The notes beneath the pieces are model-generated. The model was not told the DNA's origin and did no database searches. It was given only the letters and a program-made list of their open reading frames with translations. A stretch of DNA of 64,000 bases from Phallusia mammillata (Eukaryota): assembly GCA_965637545.1 (NCBI GenBank), contig OZ281496.1:18290001-18354000 (forward strand), in the 5' to 3' direction. Every line of letters begins with the position of its first letter. Position 1 is the first letter of the stretch. Below, one piece after another: positions 1 to 12,800 of the stretch. The position numbers were made by a program, and so were the translations under genes.

Positions 1-211
1 TCTACACTAAATTCATTTCGCATGCTTATGTGAGAATACATTTGAAAGGAATATATTAACTTTTAGTTGGTGATTCGATAGTTTTATTTTGCTAATGTAT
101 TTTAGTTTTATTCATATATTTAGCTTGGACCGCGAGTGCTCGAAAAAAATTACAAAGGGACCGTTATGACATAAAAATCAAAAAGAGTTTCGATTTTTGT
201 TTATCTTGCAG

Positions 212-363
212 TTCCTGGTTTCAATGTTGGAATCGTACGGGTTTTGCTTTTTGTCAGCCTACCGGCAATGATGCTTCGACTAGTGGGAAACATCGCACAA
301 ATGGTTGGAGCTACATATCGTCTTGCAAACTGGGATGCTAAGCAACGTGGTTGGATTGAATAA
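212..363 (+). CDS. CDIPT: Probable terminal coding exon of a CDP-diacylglycerol--inositol 3-phosphatidyltransferase (phosphatidylinositol synthase)-like gene; upstream exons lie outside the window
   Basis: Acceptor tttatcttgcag at 211; phase-compatible frame PGFNVGIVRVLLFVSLPAMMLRLVGNIAQMVGATYRLANWDAKQRGWIE* aligns without gaps, from memory, to the CDIPT C-terminus (GLFRMGLWVTAPIALLKSLISVIHLITAARNMAALDAADR); AATAAA near 491. Confidence 0.6.
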
Positions 364-1342
364 ACGGGCTATCAATAATGAATAAGTGTGCATCACAACA
401 ATCTGTATCATCTGTTGGTTTTTGTTCTTAAAAGGACCTTACATTAGTTAAAACACAGTTAGTTTTGTTGCGGTGGCCATTTATGCAGCAAAATAAATTG
501 GGTGTCACATTTTTTGCGTGGATTAATTATGATAGTGTACAAATAATCCGCACCTGAAATTTTGAAGGTACTGCAACTGGCGCTAGATGCGTAACCTGCT
601 TCGTGTTAGGGCAGTAAACTCAACGATGGCGAAATAACCACGACGGCTTGCATAAGGTTGAAAATAAGACAACATAAGGACTCAAGTCAAAAACAAGAAC
701 GTTCCTCGAAATTGTGACAATATATTGTTCTGAGACATTGCTCTTCAAGGACAAATCTTAAAAAGGAGGACGGTATGGAAACTCTGTGCATAAGTCACAT
801 ACGTACCCATTATGACGTCATAAGGACAGTTAAAGAACACATTAAACAGTTTAAAGCACTACACTAATGTCTCGATTTAAATCTAAGTTAATCGGTCACA
901 CTTCACTTAAAAATGACTTCCGAATACTTGTAATATACCCAGTTGCACTTCTATGCACCTTTAGACATATTAAACACGCTTAAAAATGAGAACATAAAAC
1001 ACATTGAACATAACTGTTGAATAACAAGGGCTGTACAAGCCATCGGCTAGAGGTTCCACAACTAACAATTCAACAAGTTCACCATTGCTGTAACGTAAGC
1101 ATTATATGGTTTCACTACAAACATTTATACGCAAAGAACATAAGCTAAATTCACTTAGTTTGACTGCAAAACCTAGCAACAAACGCAGTTTGAAAAAAAA
1201 ACGTGGAGTCAAAGCACAAGATCACTCGCGGATGAATATTTCAAACTATCACGAAAAACATTAACCAGTCAAGTATTTTTCGCTGTAACAGGTAACTTAT
1301 TTACAAAAAAGTAAAAAGTAAGTTTTATCGTATGTTTGTGGT

Positions 1343-2141
1343 TGTCACAAATATTCTAGACCGCCCCATGACAATATCCCACGACCCAGTTACAACGCGT
1401 CACGGACAATTTCAGTACGTCTAGAGCAGTGGTTCCCAACCAGGGCCCATGGCCACCCAGGGGGGCCACGAACTGTGTTCCAGGGGGCCACGGGTGTAGA
1501 TTCACAAGAAACACCCACTAAAACTCATTTTCTTTTTAACTTTATTCCCTAATTCAATCGACTATTTCACATACTATTTGTCTATATTGAGGTTTATCAT
1601 GATTGCGGATTCTTGGTTAGTCTATTCGTCCTGTTTAAAGCCGAAATTAGTAACGAATTCCAACACAAGATTGCCTTTTACATTTTTCAAGGGGGCCACA
1701 GGTCCTTCAGGGTTACTTAAAGGGGGCCACAAGGCCAAAAAGTGACTTTTAGGGGGCCTCGGTTCACCAAAGGTTGGGAACCACTGGTCTAGAGTCTATC
1801 GTTACAGGCGCTATTGTGTTGTAATTGTCATAGTGTGCCAGTTTTATCGTGCGCCGTTGCCCGTTGCAGTGTCCATTGTTTTATCTAAAGGAAATCGTCA
1901 TAGCGAATTAGCGCCTTCGACCATCTAACGATTAAAGAGTACATAACAGAGAAGAAGAGGGAGATAACTGCGAAGTAGTGTTGGATTGTTATTTTTGTTG
2001 TTTTGGCTACGTGTGGTTGAACGTAAATAAATGTAAAAGGAAAGGTTTGCTGCCGATCAAAGTACACGAGCGTTAGCTGTTAAGGAACTTCCGATAGTTA
2101 GTCCCAATCTTTCGCGTACCCGTGAAAACGGGAACGTGACA
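1343..2141 (+). repeat. Left LTR (TG...CA), interrupted by a hAT MITE
   Basis: TGTCACAAAT...GGGAACGTGACA; homologous to LTRs at 3605-4089, 7159-7637 and 9282-9759. Confidence 0.85.
1427..1786. mobile_element. hAT (Charlie/Buster-type) MITE inserted in the LTR
   Basis: TIR CAGTGGTTCCCAACC / GGTTGGGAACCACTG; 8-bp TSD GTCTAGAG on both sides. Confidence 0.9.
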
Positions 2142-2143
2142 TC

Positions 2144-2161
2144 TGGGGGCTCGTCCGGGAT
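2144..2161 (+). promoter_or_regulatory. Primer-binding site complementary to the tRNA-Pro 3' end
   Basis: TGGGGGCTCGTCCGGGAT 2 nt after the LTR end; mirror copy at 3585-3602 (-) and a related copy just inside the LTR at 9282. Confidence 0.85.
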
Positions 2162-2207
2162 CTGACTCAAAACGCGAAGTTGAACATTAACCCCTGTAAG
2201 ATCGGCA

Positions 2208-2561
2208 ATGGCGTCTGGATTGCAGTACGTGGAATTAGGGAAGCAATTGGGGCTCGTTGACGAAGAGCTACGCAAGTATGTGAAGAAGCAGATGAAAGAA
2301 GAACGCGACACTGCGCAGAGGAGACGCGATGCAGAGGCTGCGCAGTGGAGACGCGATGCCGAAGTTGCGCAGAGGAGACGCGATGCCGAGGTTGCGGTTG
2401 CGCGGAGAAGACTCGAAGCTACGAAGAGAAAACTTGAGGCCGAACGGGAATTTCGCGAGCACGAACTGGCTATGAAGAAGCTTGAATTGGAAGCTAAGCG
2501 CCGCCGTGCAGAAAAAACAAAGAGGGTTACAACAAATGCAGGCAAGTGTCCAGGTTTTTAA
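2208..2561 (+). pseudogene. Truncated gag N-terminus (coiled-coil, RRRDAE repeats)
   Basis: ORF MASGLQYVELGKQLGLVDEELRKYV... directly after the PBS; ends at the junction with the inverted half. Confidence 0.7.
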
Positions 2562-2571
2562 ACCTTTTAAC

Positions 2572-3538
2572 CTCGCGCAATCTAGCACAAATGTTCCCAC
2601 AACTCATCAGTGCCACCCGAGAGTCAAATGCCCTCACTGAAAGTATTGCTTCCTCTATCCAATGTTTTCTTTCTTTGCCTTTTTCTTGTTTACTTCTGCA
2701 CTTGAACAACTTGTGGAACTCCCCCGGAAGTGACATGGCTTCGAATCTCGGAAGGATGATTCCGCAAAGTGGTCACCTGACTGTATTGGTTGTTCCATCT
2801 GTCGGCGGGTTGTCATGGACGACAGGACACGGATAAATGCGCTTTGAACGGTGTTTTCACTGGTCGCTAAGTCAAGATTGTCATCAGTTGGTTGCTCGAG
2901 AATCTGTTGAAACGAAGAAACAAACTTTCTCTCATCCGGCATTTGCATTTCACTTGTCTCGTGATCCTGAAATAGTTTCTTTCCTTGGTTATCGACGATA
3001 AGCTGGGTCATGGCGTTCGGTAACTTCGCTTCTTGTGTCAAAGAAACCGATTTGCTTCTCTTCATCATCTTCAGTTCCATTGTGATGACATCCTGCGCTG
3101 ACTCTGCTTCGCTCTCATCGGCGCTCGTCTGAATTGTTGCGGTTTGTTCCGTCGATTGTTGAGTCACAGGAATCGACAATTCCTTGCCAGACATCTGTAC
3201 TAACTTTTCGATGCAACCCTGCGAAAAATCCCTGTCTTCCTCGTCTAGCGGGACATGGGTTTCGACGTTTCGCTCCACTGTTGTACTGATTCCCGCCCTC
3301 TCCTGAGACTTTGTCACAAGCCGTTGACTCCTCGATTCTATTCGGCCTCGAGTCTTCTCTTCGTAGCCTCGAGTCTTTTCTTCGTAGCTTCAAGTCTTCT
3401 CTGCACAACCTCGGCATCGCGTCTCCTCTGTGTAGTGTCGCGTTCATCTTTCATCTGCTTCTTCACATACTTGCGTAGCTCTTCGTCAACGAGCCCCAAT
3501 TGCTTCCCTAATTTCACGTACTGCAATCCAGACGCCAT
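2572..3538 (-). pseudogene. Disrupted gag-derived ORF of the right (minus) half
   Basis: MASGLQYVKLGKQLG... (3538) with a stop at 3338, then 2655-3317, homologous to the 566-aa ORF at 7515-9215. Confidence 0.7.
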
Positions 3539-3604
3539 TGCCGATCTTACAGGGGTTAATGTTCAACTTCGCGTTTTGAGTCAGATCCCGGACGAGCCCC
3601 CAGA

Positions 3605-4089
3605 TGTCACGTTCCCGATTTCACGGGTACGCAAAAGTTTGGGACTGACTATCGTAAGTTCCTTAACAGCTAACGCTCGTGTACTCTGATCGGCAGCAAA
3701 ACGTTTCCTTTTATATTTTTTCACGTCCAACCACACGCAATCAAAACAACAAAAACAACAAAAACAACAATCCAACACTACTTCGCAGTTATCTCTATTC
3801 CAGTCTATATCATTCCATGTTATGTTCTTTAAATCGTTAGACGGGGGCGCTGATATACCTTGCATCACAATGATCGGGAAAAAGGCGTTAACTCGTTGTG
3901 ACCATTTCCTACAGATAAAACAATGAACACCGCAACGGGCAACGGCGACGCGGAAAAACTAGCACAGTAGAACAATGACGACACAATAGCGCCTGCAACG
4001 ATAGACTCTGGACGCACAGAAATTGTCCGTGATGCGTTGTAATTGGGTCGCAGGATATTGTCAAGGGGCGGTCTAGAACATTTGTGACA
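3605..4089 (-). repeat. Right LTR, inverted relative to the left LTR
   Basis: Reverse complement reads TGTCACAAATGTTCTAGACC...GGGAACGTGACA followed by the tRNA-Pro PBS. Confidence 0.9.
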
Positions 4090-5922
4090 GTGGTTGTATT
4101 GCATTTGAAAACAAACAACGTTTTTGATGAAAATGTTTATTAACATATTTTGCGAAATAAAGCTTGTGACTTCATAAAACTTTATTATGATGGTTAAATA
4201 TAATTTTTTGGGGGGTTACCCTCTGGAGCTATGCGAGATTGTGCGGATCATACGTCTAAAATGTGCGCACTTACAATGGAAAATCCACAAACATCGCAGG
4301 TTTTTCTTTCCAATCTAGAGCGAAACTGGACTGCAAACGCCAGTTCACCAAAAATGAAAACGAAGATAGCAGCTAAAGTATCTCCAGAAAAAAAGACAGT
4401 GCTTTAAACAAATCTAACTATTTACAAGTCAAAAGATGATAATAATGAAGTGTTATAAGAAGATATAAGGTTTAAGGTGCAATATTGAATGACTTGATAG
4501 CCGGTATAAATCTGATTTCACGCTTGAGCTTTTGACACATAGCCTGTGTTGAGCTTGCACATTCCTATGTGGATTATTCATTTGTTTGATTCACTAGAAA
4601 AATAAAAAAGTAAAAAATAATTACAAAACAAAAATTTATGGTACAATATGTGACCACTGCCCGAGGGTGAAAATTATTGCTCAAGGTGTAATTTTCACAG
4701 CATCTGCAATGGTGGAGTATATACGTGGAACTTTTCACTTGATTGATTTTAAGGTGGCAAGCTGGACCACCCAGCGATACAGTTTGTATATCAAATTTGG
4801 GTGGTAATTACCATTACTACCATTTACAGCGTATACAAAGAATAAGCATCTAACAACAGTCAGGAATAAGGCATTAATTACTCTACGTCCAGTGGCGGCA
4901 CGTGCCTAAAATTACTAAATTACTGCTTTTAGTTTGAAGCCTTCGTTATTACGAAAGTATAGTCACATGCTCTCTTGTTTGTTGAAACGATTTTTTTGTA
5001 AGTTATATCTTCCAGATTCTTAACTGTTTCTTGCCGCTTGATTTGTATGAGAACTAGCTGGGTTAAAACAAAACTGTGATTTTCTCTAAAAAACTTTTGT
5101 TTTTATGTTGCTGAAAATTTCTAAATTTTTGGATTTTGCCTAAATTTCGGTAAGGCATTTTACACACATATATATGTTGTTGATTATTGCTGGCTGACAT
5201 ATTTGAATAGTAGGTGTTAGACGGCCTTTTATCCATGCGTTTTTATTCAATGATAACTGCAAAACCCATGCTGGAGCCCACTTAAATGAAAAGCAATAGT
5301 CATAATAATGTCTAATTCTTATATTTGGAAATGTCACATGCGTTTATCAAATTGGTCGGTCTTGTTATTACTGTCCACCAACAGTCCAACCGTTAACGCG
5401 TGAGCGCATATTATTTTTAAGTATTTAATCTGTTTTTTGCTTTAACAACTTAAAGAGATTAAGTTTTGCCTGCCCGTAAAGGCCCTGAGAAGTGAATCAA
5501 TTACAACTACACAAATCACTAAATTATGATCTGCTTTTAAAGACCTATCGATATTTACCTACAGTTTGGTATTTATGAACTGCAAAGTTCGGTGTGTTCG
5601 ACCAGTCGAAACTCTTGGGTAACAATCAAAGTGATAAAAAGATAACTTTTAACAGCTCTACATAAATTTTAAGAATTCAAACGTTGTGTTACAACACTTT
5701 GTATATTGTTGGTTTAGTATAATTGTGTAGTATAATAACTTACGTTTAAGACAAAACGAAAATAGTGTCCTTTTAAACACCGTGTGTAGGATACACTCGT
5801 TCTTGGTTTGTTCACAAATCCGCTTTATTACAGACTTTTACGCCGCTTTATACTATAAATCGGTCGAAAAAATTAGTCTTTACTAGAAATATTTCTATGC
5901 GGAGGTATTGCATGCTATAGAG

Positions 5923-6234
5923 CAGGGGTGGGCAACCTGCGGCCCGCATACGGCCCTTCAGTCAAGGTTGTGCGGCCCGCAAAGACGCTTGGATTTCAAA
6001 AGTACTGGCAAACCAGTCCAATTATTACATATTTTTGAGCTGATTAATGTGCCTCATGCTAGTTTTCTGCGATCTGGCAAAATGTGGCTAGATTTAAATA
6101 CGAATTATACTTGTAGTTAAGCATATTTGGTTAGAAACCAAGGAAAATCACTTTGTGTTATACACAGGTGCGGCCCTCGATCCCATTTTGACATTTATAA
6201 TTGGCCCTGCAGTAACAAAGGTTGCCCACCCCTG
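5923..6234. mobile_element. hAT (Buster-type) MITE
   Basis: TIR CAGGGGTGGGCAACC / GGTTGCCCACCCCTG; TSD CTATAGAG. Confidence 0.9.
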
Positions 6235-6843
6235 CTATAGAGGTTTCGGCAATCAAAGTAATGTGCGGGCAATTCATATGAATACGAATAATGTGTGCTA
6301 AAATGTTAACAAAGCTGTTGATGGGCTGTATATAAAATACAAATCCGGAAAACTCAGGGCAATTGTAATCGACGATCCAGGCATGATTATGACAGGTTGA
6401 TTGGTTCCGGCTTGTATTGTTTTCGCGGCTTTATTAACCAAAAAATACAGCCGCTCGTGTGCTATAGTTAATCACATTTGCAATGCTGTAGCAGGTGTCG
6501 GACAGAAGCTAACTGCTTATACCCTTGCTGTAAAAGTGCGTGCTGTAAAAAATGAATTTAATCAAGGTTTAACTAATATTTTTGAATACAACTGATCATT
6601 AAGTCGCTAGTTTAACTCAAGTTGATGTCATATTATATGCTGAACAGGTTTTGCTACAAACTGCTGTAAAAATATTAAAGCTTTATTGTTTGATAGTTCG
6701 AGATCAGGAAATGTTTTAGATAGCTTTGAAAACTATTCAAGGCTTTTTATTTTACTTAATTGCAGGTTTGAGTGTTAAAAAAGAATTGGTTTATTCGTTG
6801 TATTGTGCTATGCGGACGCCTATCTGTGGACGCCAAGAAACAG

Positions 6844-9800
6844 ATGCATTTGTCTATACTGTACCGAATCTGTTTAGGTTTGACTGTCATTCTGTCACTT
6901 GTCGCCGTGTGCATGTGGAACCTTTCGGCTTTCACATCGACCGTTGCACCAAAAAAGGAGATCAACAAAGATGTTGGTAGCAAAGCTAACGATTTAACGG
7001 TAAGCGAAATTTTTGTAGGTCAAACGACAGATTTGTTGACATTAATATTTGCGAGCGTATTGTACCAGTTACTGGTAACATGCGAGTACATCAAACTCAG
7101 ACTTGTGAAGAATATTTAACATAACAAATGTATCTAAGAGCTTCCGGATAGTGAACAATGACACGTTCCCGTTTTCACGGGTACGCGAAAGATTGGGACT
7201 GACTATCGGAAGTTCCTTAACAGCTAACGCTCGTGTACTCTGATCGGCAGCAAACCTCTTTTCTTTAACATTTATTCACGTCCAACCACACGTAATCAAA
7301 ACAACAAACAAACAATCCAGCACTACTTCGCAGTTATCTCTCAGTTCTATCTTCTATATTATGTTCTGTTTTTTTTTTAAATCGTTAGATTGGGGCGCTT
7401 ATATATCTTGCATTACAATGATCGGGAAAAAGGCGTTAATTCGCTGTGACCATTTCCTACACATAAAACAATGAACTCTGCAACGGGCAACGGCGACGCG
7501 ATAAAACCGGGACACTACAACAATGATAACACAATAGCGCCTGCAACGATAGACTCCAGACGTACAGAAATTGTCCATGATCCGTGGTAATTGGGTCGCG
7601 CGATTTTGTCATAGGGCGGTCTAGAACATTTGTGACAAAACCCCGTTTTTAAAAGGAGATTTTCCTCGAACAAGAAAATCTCGCGCAATCTACGACAAAT
7701 GTTCCTGCAACTCATCAGTGCCAACCGAAGATCAAAGTTCTTGTTTGCCGAAGGTGTTGCTTTTTCCATCCACCGATTTCTTTCTTTGCTTTTTTCCTGC
7801 TTACTTCCGTACCTAAACCACGTTTGGAAATCCCTCCGAAAGCGACATGGCTTCGAATCTCGGAAGGATGACTCCGCAAATTCGTTACCTGACTGCATTT
7901 GTTGTTTCGTCTGTCGGCGGGTTGTCGTGGACGACAAGACAGGTATAAATGCGCTTTGAACGTTGCACTCACTGGTCGGCGCTAAAACGAGACTGTCATC
8001 AGTTGGTTCCTCGAAAACCTGTTGCAATGAAGAAATAGACATTCTCCTATCCAGCATTTGCAAATCAACACTGGGGCGATTCTGAACCAATTCTTGATCT
8101 TGCACATCGACGACTGTCTTTGATATGGCGCTCTGCTTCGTCGTCTTTTGTATTAAAGCAACAATCCCGCCTCCCTCTTCTGTATGTAATTGCATATTGA
8201 CCTGTTCCTGCGACAACTCTGCGTCTTGCCCCCTGGTCTTCGTTCGAATCGTGGTGTTCTTCTCTGTCGCTTGTTGTGTCACAGAACCTGACTCTTCTTT
8301 GTCAAACATCTCCACTTCCGTTTCAATCCGACCCTGCGACAAATCCTTAGTTTGCTCGTCTGGCTGTTTGACGTTTTTCTCCACTGAATCGCAGATTTCC
8401 GTCCTTTTAACAGAAGTTGTCACAAGACGTTTATTCATTGGCTCTGGAATGCGCTCTTGTTCGTCTTCTACCATGTGGACACGATCCACGTCGACTTTCT
8501 TCTTTACACAAATTTGGGACGACATAGTACTGTTTTCCCTCGGAAAAGCCGCAAGCAACTGCCTGTCTACGGCATTTATCTCATACATGCGTGTCGGTTG
8601 CTCTTGACACTTGCCTGCATTAGTTGTCACCCCGTTCGTTTTTTCTCTACGGCAGTTCCTCGTTTCCAACTCAAGCTTCTTCATAGCCAGTTCGTGCTCG
8701 CGGATTTGTTGTCGCTCTTTCCTTCCGGCCTCGAGTCTTTTCTTCATAGCCTCGTGTCTTCCCTTCGTAGCTTCGAGTCTTCTATGCGCAGCCGCAACCT
8801 CGGCATCGAGTTTCCTCTGCGCAGCCTCGGCATCACGTCTCCTCCGCGCAGCCTCATACTCGGCATCGCGTTTTCTCTGTGCAGTCTCGACATCGCATCT
8901 CCTCTGCGCAGCCTCGGCATCGCGTCTTCTCTGTGCAGTCTCGACATCGCATCTCCTCTGCGCAGCCTCGACATCGCATCTCCTCTGCGCAGCCTCGGCA
9001 TCACGTTTTCTCTGTGCAGTCTCGACATCGCATCTCCTCTGCGCAGCCTCGGCATCGCGTCTTCTCTGCGCAGCCTCGGCATCTTGTTGGAACTTTTGCT
9101 CTTCAAGTTCATGCTCACGGTCATGTTTCACCTGCTCCTCCACATGCTTGCGTAGCTCTTCATCAACATATTCCAATTGCTTTCCAATATCCAGATATTG
9201 TCTTGCAGACGCCATTGCCGATCTTACAGGGGTTAGTGTTTAACTTCGCGTTTTTAAGTCAGTTCCCGACGAGCCCCCAGATGTCACGTTCCCGTTTTCA
9301 CGGGTACGCGAAAGATTGGGACTGACTATCGGAAGTTCCTTAACAGCTAACGCTCATGTACTCTGATCGGCAGCAAACCTCTTTTCTTTAACATTTATTC
9401 ACGTCCAACCACACGTAATCAAAACAACAAACAAACAATCCAACACTACTTCGCAGTTATCTCTCAGTTCTATCTTCTATATTATGTTCTGTTTTTTTTT
9501 AAATCGTTAGATTGGGGCGCTTATATATCTTGCATTACAATGATCGGGAAAAAGGCGTTAATTCGCTGTGACCATTTCCTACAAATGAAACAATGAACTC
9601 TGCAACGGGCAACGGCGACGCGATAAAACCGGGACACTACAACAATGATAACACAATAGCGCCTGCAACGATAGACTCCAGACGTACAGAAATTGTCCAT
9701 GATCCGTGGTAATTGAGTCGCGTGATTTTGTCATAGGGCGGTCTAGAACATTTGTGAGAAACAAATTATTGCAAACGTTTTAATTATCTGCTGTACGCAT

Positions 9801-12800
9801 ACCATTATGGATCAGAATTGTTTCATCTTAATCGTGGATTAATTTTTGTAAGATGAAAGCGTATTTGATAAAAATATATACTTTTTCTTCGTAATCTGAA
9901 ACGTGCAGTTTTATTTTCGCGTGAGTGCGCGAAACGAACTAGTCATGTAATTTAAGTTGTCGCGAGCTCACGTATGCATTGTTGCAATACGGATCATGCG
10001 CTAACAAACCTTAAATTAAATACATTTAGCACATAAAATAAAATACACACTTAATTAACATTGTTTATTAAAAACAATACAACTATTCTATAGGAATGTT
10101 GGTATATGTAAGCTTTTTTAAAACTTTTTTATATGTGAAAGCTTTTTCAACTTTACGAAGACACTCTCTCATTAAGTGTTATAAACTATAGTTATCCCGA
10201 GATTGGGATTCCCAGGATCCCGACCACTGCTTTCTATTTCTAAGTGATGCATGTATTGAGTACTGCATTTATAAAATTACTAATTACACGAAATTCTCAA
10301 TCGAACTTATTGAGGATAGGATATTCGTGTGTTAGACATTCTTTTTATATTGAGAATAGGATATTCGTATGTTGACAATCTTTTTGAATTATCATCTTGC
10401 TGGTATCAAAAATATGCCAAATTATAGGAAAAAAGGCCTTTCTTTTACGCCGCTATTCCCACCTCCCATTCAAAAAATAAATTAATGTGGTACTCAGCGA
10501 TAGGAAAAGTGACCAGGTGTTGCATGACTAGTAAGAGGTTTAGAACCACTGGAATAGGCGAAGTAAATTTCGTGTTTAGTGTTCAAAATTGTTCACCACA
10601 TAGAGGATGTCTAATAATTTTGTGTTTTATCAAGCTTGCATAACTTTTTGTTTAATAGCAGCAAGTTTTTGAACTTGTCACTGAGCCGTTGCCGGAAGAA
10701 AATAGAAACATAACGCTAACGTTAAGAAAGAAGGAATACAAATGTAAGAAGCCGATTTTCAAGTTTGTGTATGTGAAGACTCATAAAACTGGTTCAACCA
10801 CTACGATGTGGCTACTTTATAACTTCATCAGAAAACATCGTTTATGGCAGGTAAGAATCTAAATCCTAACAAGATGGTGGTGCCCAAGGACGTCTATGAT
10901 TGCTAGCAGTAGTAAGATGTCCCGTACGATCTACAGTTCCGTGCAAGACATCTGGTTTCCTTGACCTTGACCTTGAAGGCCTCTTAAGACTTCCGCAGGA
11001 AGTCTTGGTTAGGTCTTGGTTTCCGACTTCCTCATCTTGAAGACGTCTTGTACATCAGGACTTCCCCTTTCTTGAAGATCAGGACTTCCCCTTTCTTGAA
11101 GGTGTCTTACCTTGTGCCCTTTCAAGTGTTTCCGACTTTTCTTACCTTTGGGGACAGGAAGTCGTGACTTTCAGGTGACGTTGCTAACCCTAACCTCTGC
11201 AGGTGTTTTTACGTGGAATTCCAAAGGAAGTGTGGTTTTGTGAAAGACTTGCGCATGTCTTAAGCCTGAAAGGTACCGCGCAGATACCTGTGTGTGACCT
11301 TGTTTAACCTTGAAGGTACCTGTGTTCAGGTGTTGTTGATCTTGGTTTAAGACTTTTAATTATTTGTTCTATGTAGGAATTGCTTTTGTGTTAATTCCTG
11401 TTTTCACAGAACATTTGTTTAGGTTTTGACGTAGTCAAATATATTTATTGATTTATTTGTTTGTTTGTTTGTTGCAAGAAAGCGGGTCGTGGCTTTCAAA
11501 CAACCAAGACAGTAAACCGCCAATAGATGGCGTGCGTCATAGACTTTTTAATCTGCGTTTCTATTGTCGTCTGCCAGCTGTCGAGTTTCACTGGATGAGC
11601 GAGTGCGCGTCGTCCGCCAGCTGTCGTGTTTCGCTGGATGAGCGAGCGCGCGCCGTGCTCGATTGCGTGTCGGATGAGCGGAGCGTCTCGTGCGCGGCGT
11701 TTTCGAAGGCGTTTCGAAGACAATCTAAGTCAAAAAATGTTACAATAAGTTTTATCGGGGTGCTCTACATAAGTATTTCACAACAACAACGCGCAATTAC
11801 ATCAGCTTTTGAAATAGGCGTTGCACGAAGCGATCGTTTGCACGGTAATTACTTGAAAAACAGTCTACAAAATCGTCAAGCGATATGTCACGCGCCATAG
11901 CCATAAGAAACAATCTAAGTCAAAAAATGTTACAATAAGTTTTATCGGGGTGCTCTACACAACTGTTTTGCGTCTGTTGGCACCGAACCTATTAAAATTT
12001 TAATTGTGCGGATATGGCGATCGATTTAACGTTAAAACTCGAGCCGGCCGCATTTTTGGTGAAATACGATACCTCGTTTCCTAAGGCACTGACTGATATG
12101 CTGTTACTAATACAGTCATTGCGCATATGTTATTACAGTAGTCCTATTTATTTGTGTCAGTTTTCATTCAAACGATTCCACGTGTATTTTATGAAAATCA
12201 CACACTTATATATACGAGCATAGAGAATGCATATTAGGGCTGTTATCAAATAATGGTTTTTAATTTTTCAAATAATCAAATAATTTTTTTCCTTTCGAAT
12301 CAAATAATCAAATAATTCAAATAATTTAGAATACCGGATACATAAGGCCCAGAGTCAAATAAGAATAGTTGAAATTACTAAACGCATTTTGTAAGCTCCT
12401 AGTCATTAAATCTAGGCTACATCCTTTTTTCTGTTTAAAATAATAAATTAATACATATAGAGACAAGCTTGAGTTATTCTCCGTAAATTGGCAAAACCAT
12501 ATGTAGACTACATATTCCGTGTGTATTTTTACGTTATTACAACAGCTTTTTCTTGGATACTGGCTGAATTGATTTGTGATCTATACCATTTCATTTACTT
12601 GCTTGAATAACTTTAATTATTCCAGGGTTTAACTAATACTGGAATGAAAACTAAATTGTCATGCTAATACTGGAATGAAAACTAAATTTTTTGTCCAACA
12701 TTTTTGGTGGGATGGGTAATGAACAACCGCAATTTCATAAAAATGTCACCAATGTGTTCAAATAAATTGATCTTAAACATATATCGAGGTTTACTGTGTA

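Larger units (their letters stand above)
1343..4089. mobile_element. Gypsy-type LTR retroelement composite with inverted LTRs (LTR-PBS-gag facing gag-PBS-LTR)
   Basis: Begins TGTCACAAAT (1343) and ends ATTTGTGACA (4089), i.e. the same LTR end on both sides; flanked by direct repeat GTGGT (1338-1342, 4090-4094); PBS and gag start on both strands pointing inward; junction near 2570. Confidence 0.85.
7159..9759 (-). mobile_element. Non-autonomous Gypsy-type LTR retroelement (2.6 kb) in intron 1 of Gal3ST copy A
   Basis: Direct LTRs 7159-7637 and 9282-9759 (about 2% different by eye); 5-bp TSD AACAA (7154-7158, 9760-9764); tRNA-Pro-like PBS; empty site in paralogues B and C; no RT or integrase. 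Confidence 0.92.

Noticed and set aside
2144-2161. tRNA genes at the tRNA-like matches (2144, 3585, near 9265, 49964)
   Set aside because: Only 17-19-nt complements of tRNA 3' ends next to LTRs, i.e. primer-binding sites; no cloverleaf.
8125-9325. Long + strand ORFs (8125, 8457, 8611, 8879; also 2057 on -, and 3255 on +)
   Set aside because: Antisense or alternate-frame shadows of low-complexity gag repeats.
7159-9759. Both outer LTR termini carry a point change (TGACA, GTGAGA) while the inner termini are canonical
   Set aside because: Two substitutions are compatible with the roughly 2% LTR divergence; no mechanism is supportable from one copy.
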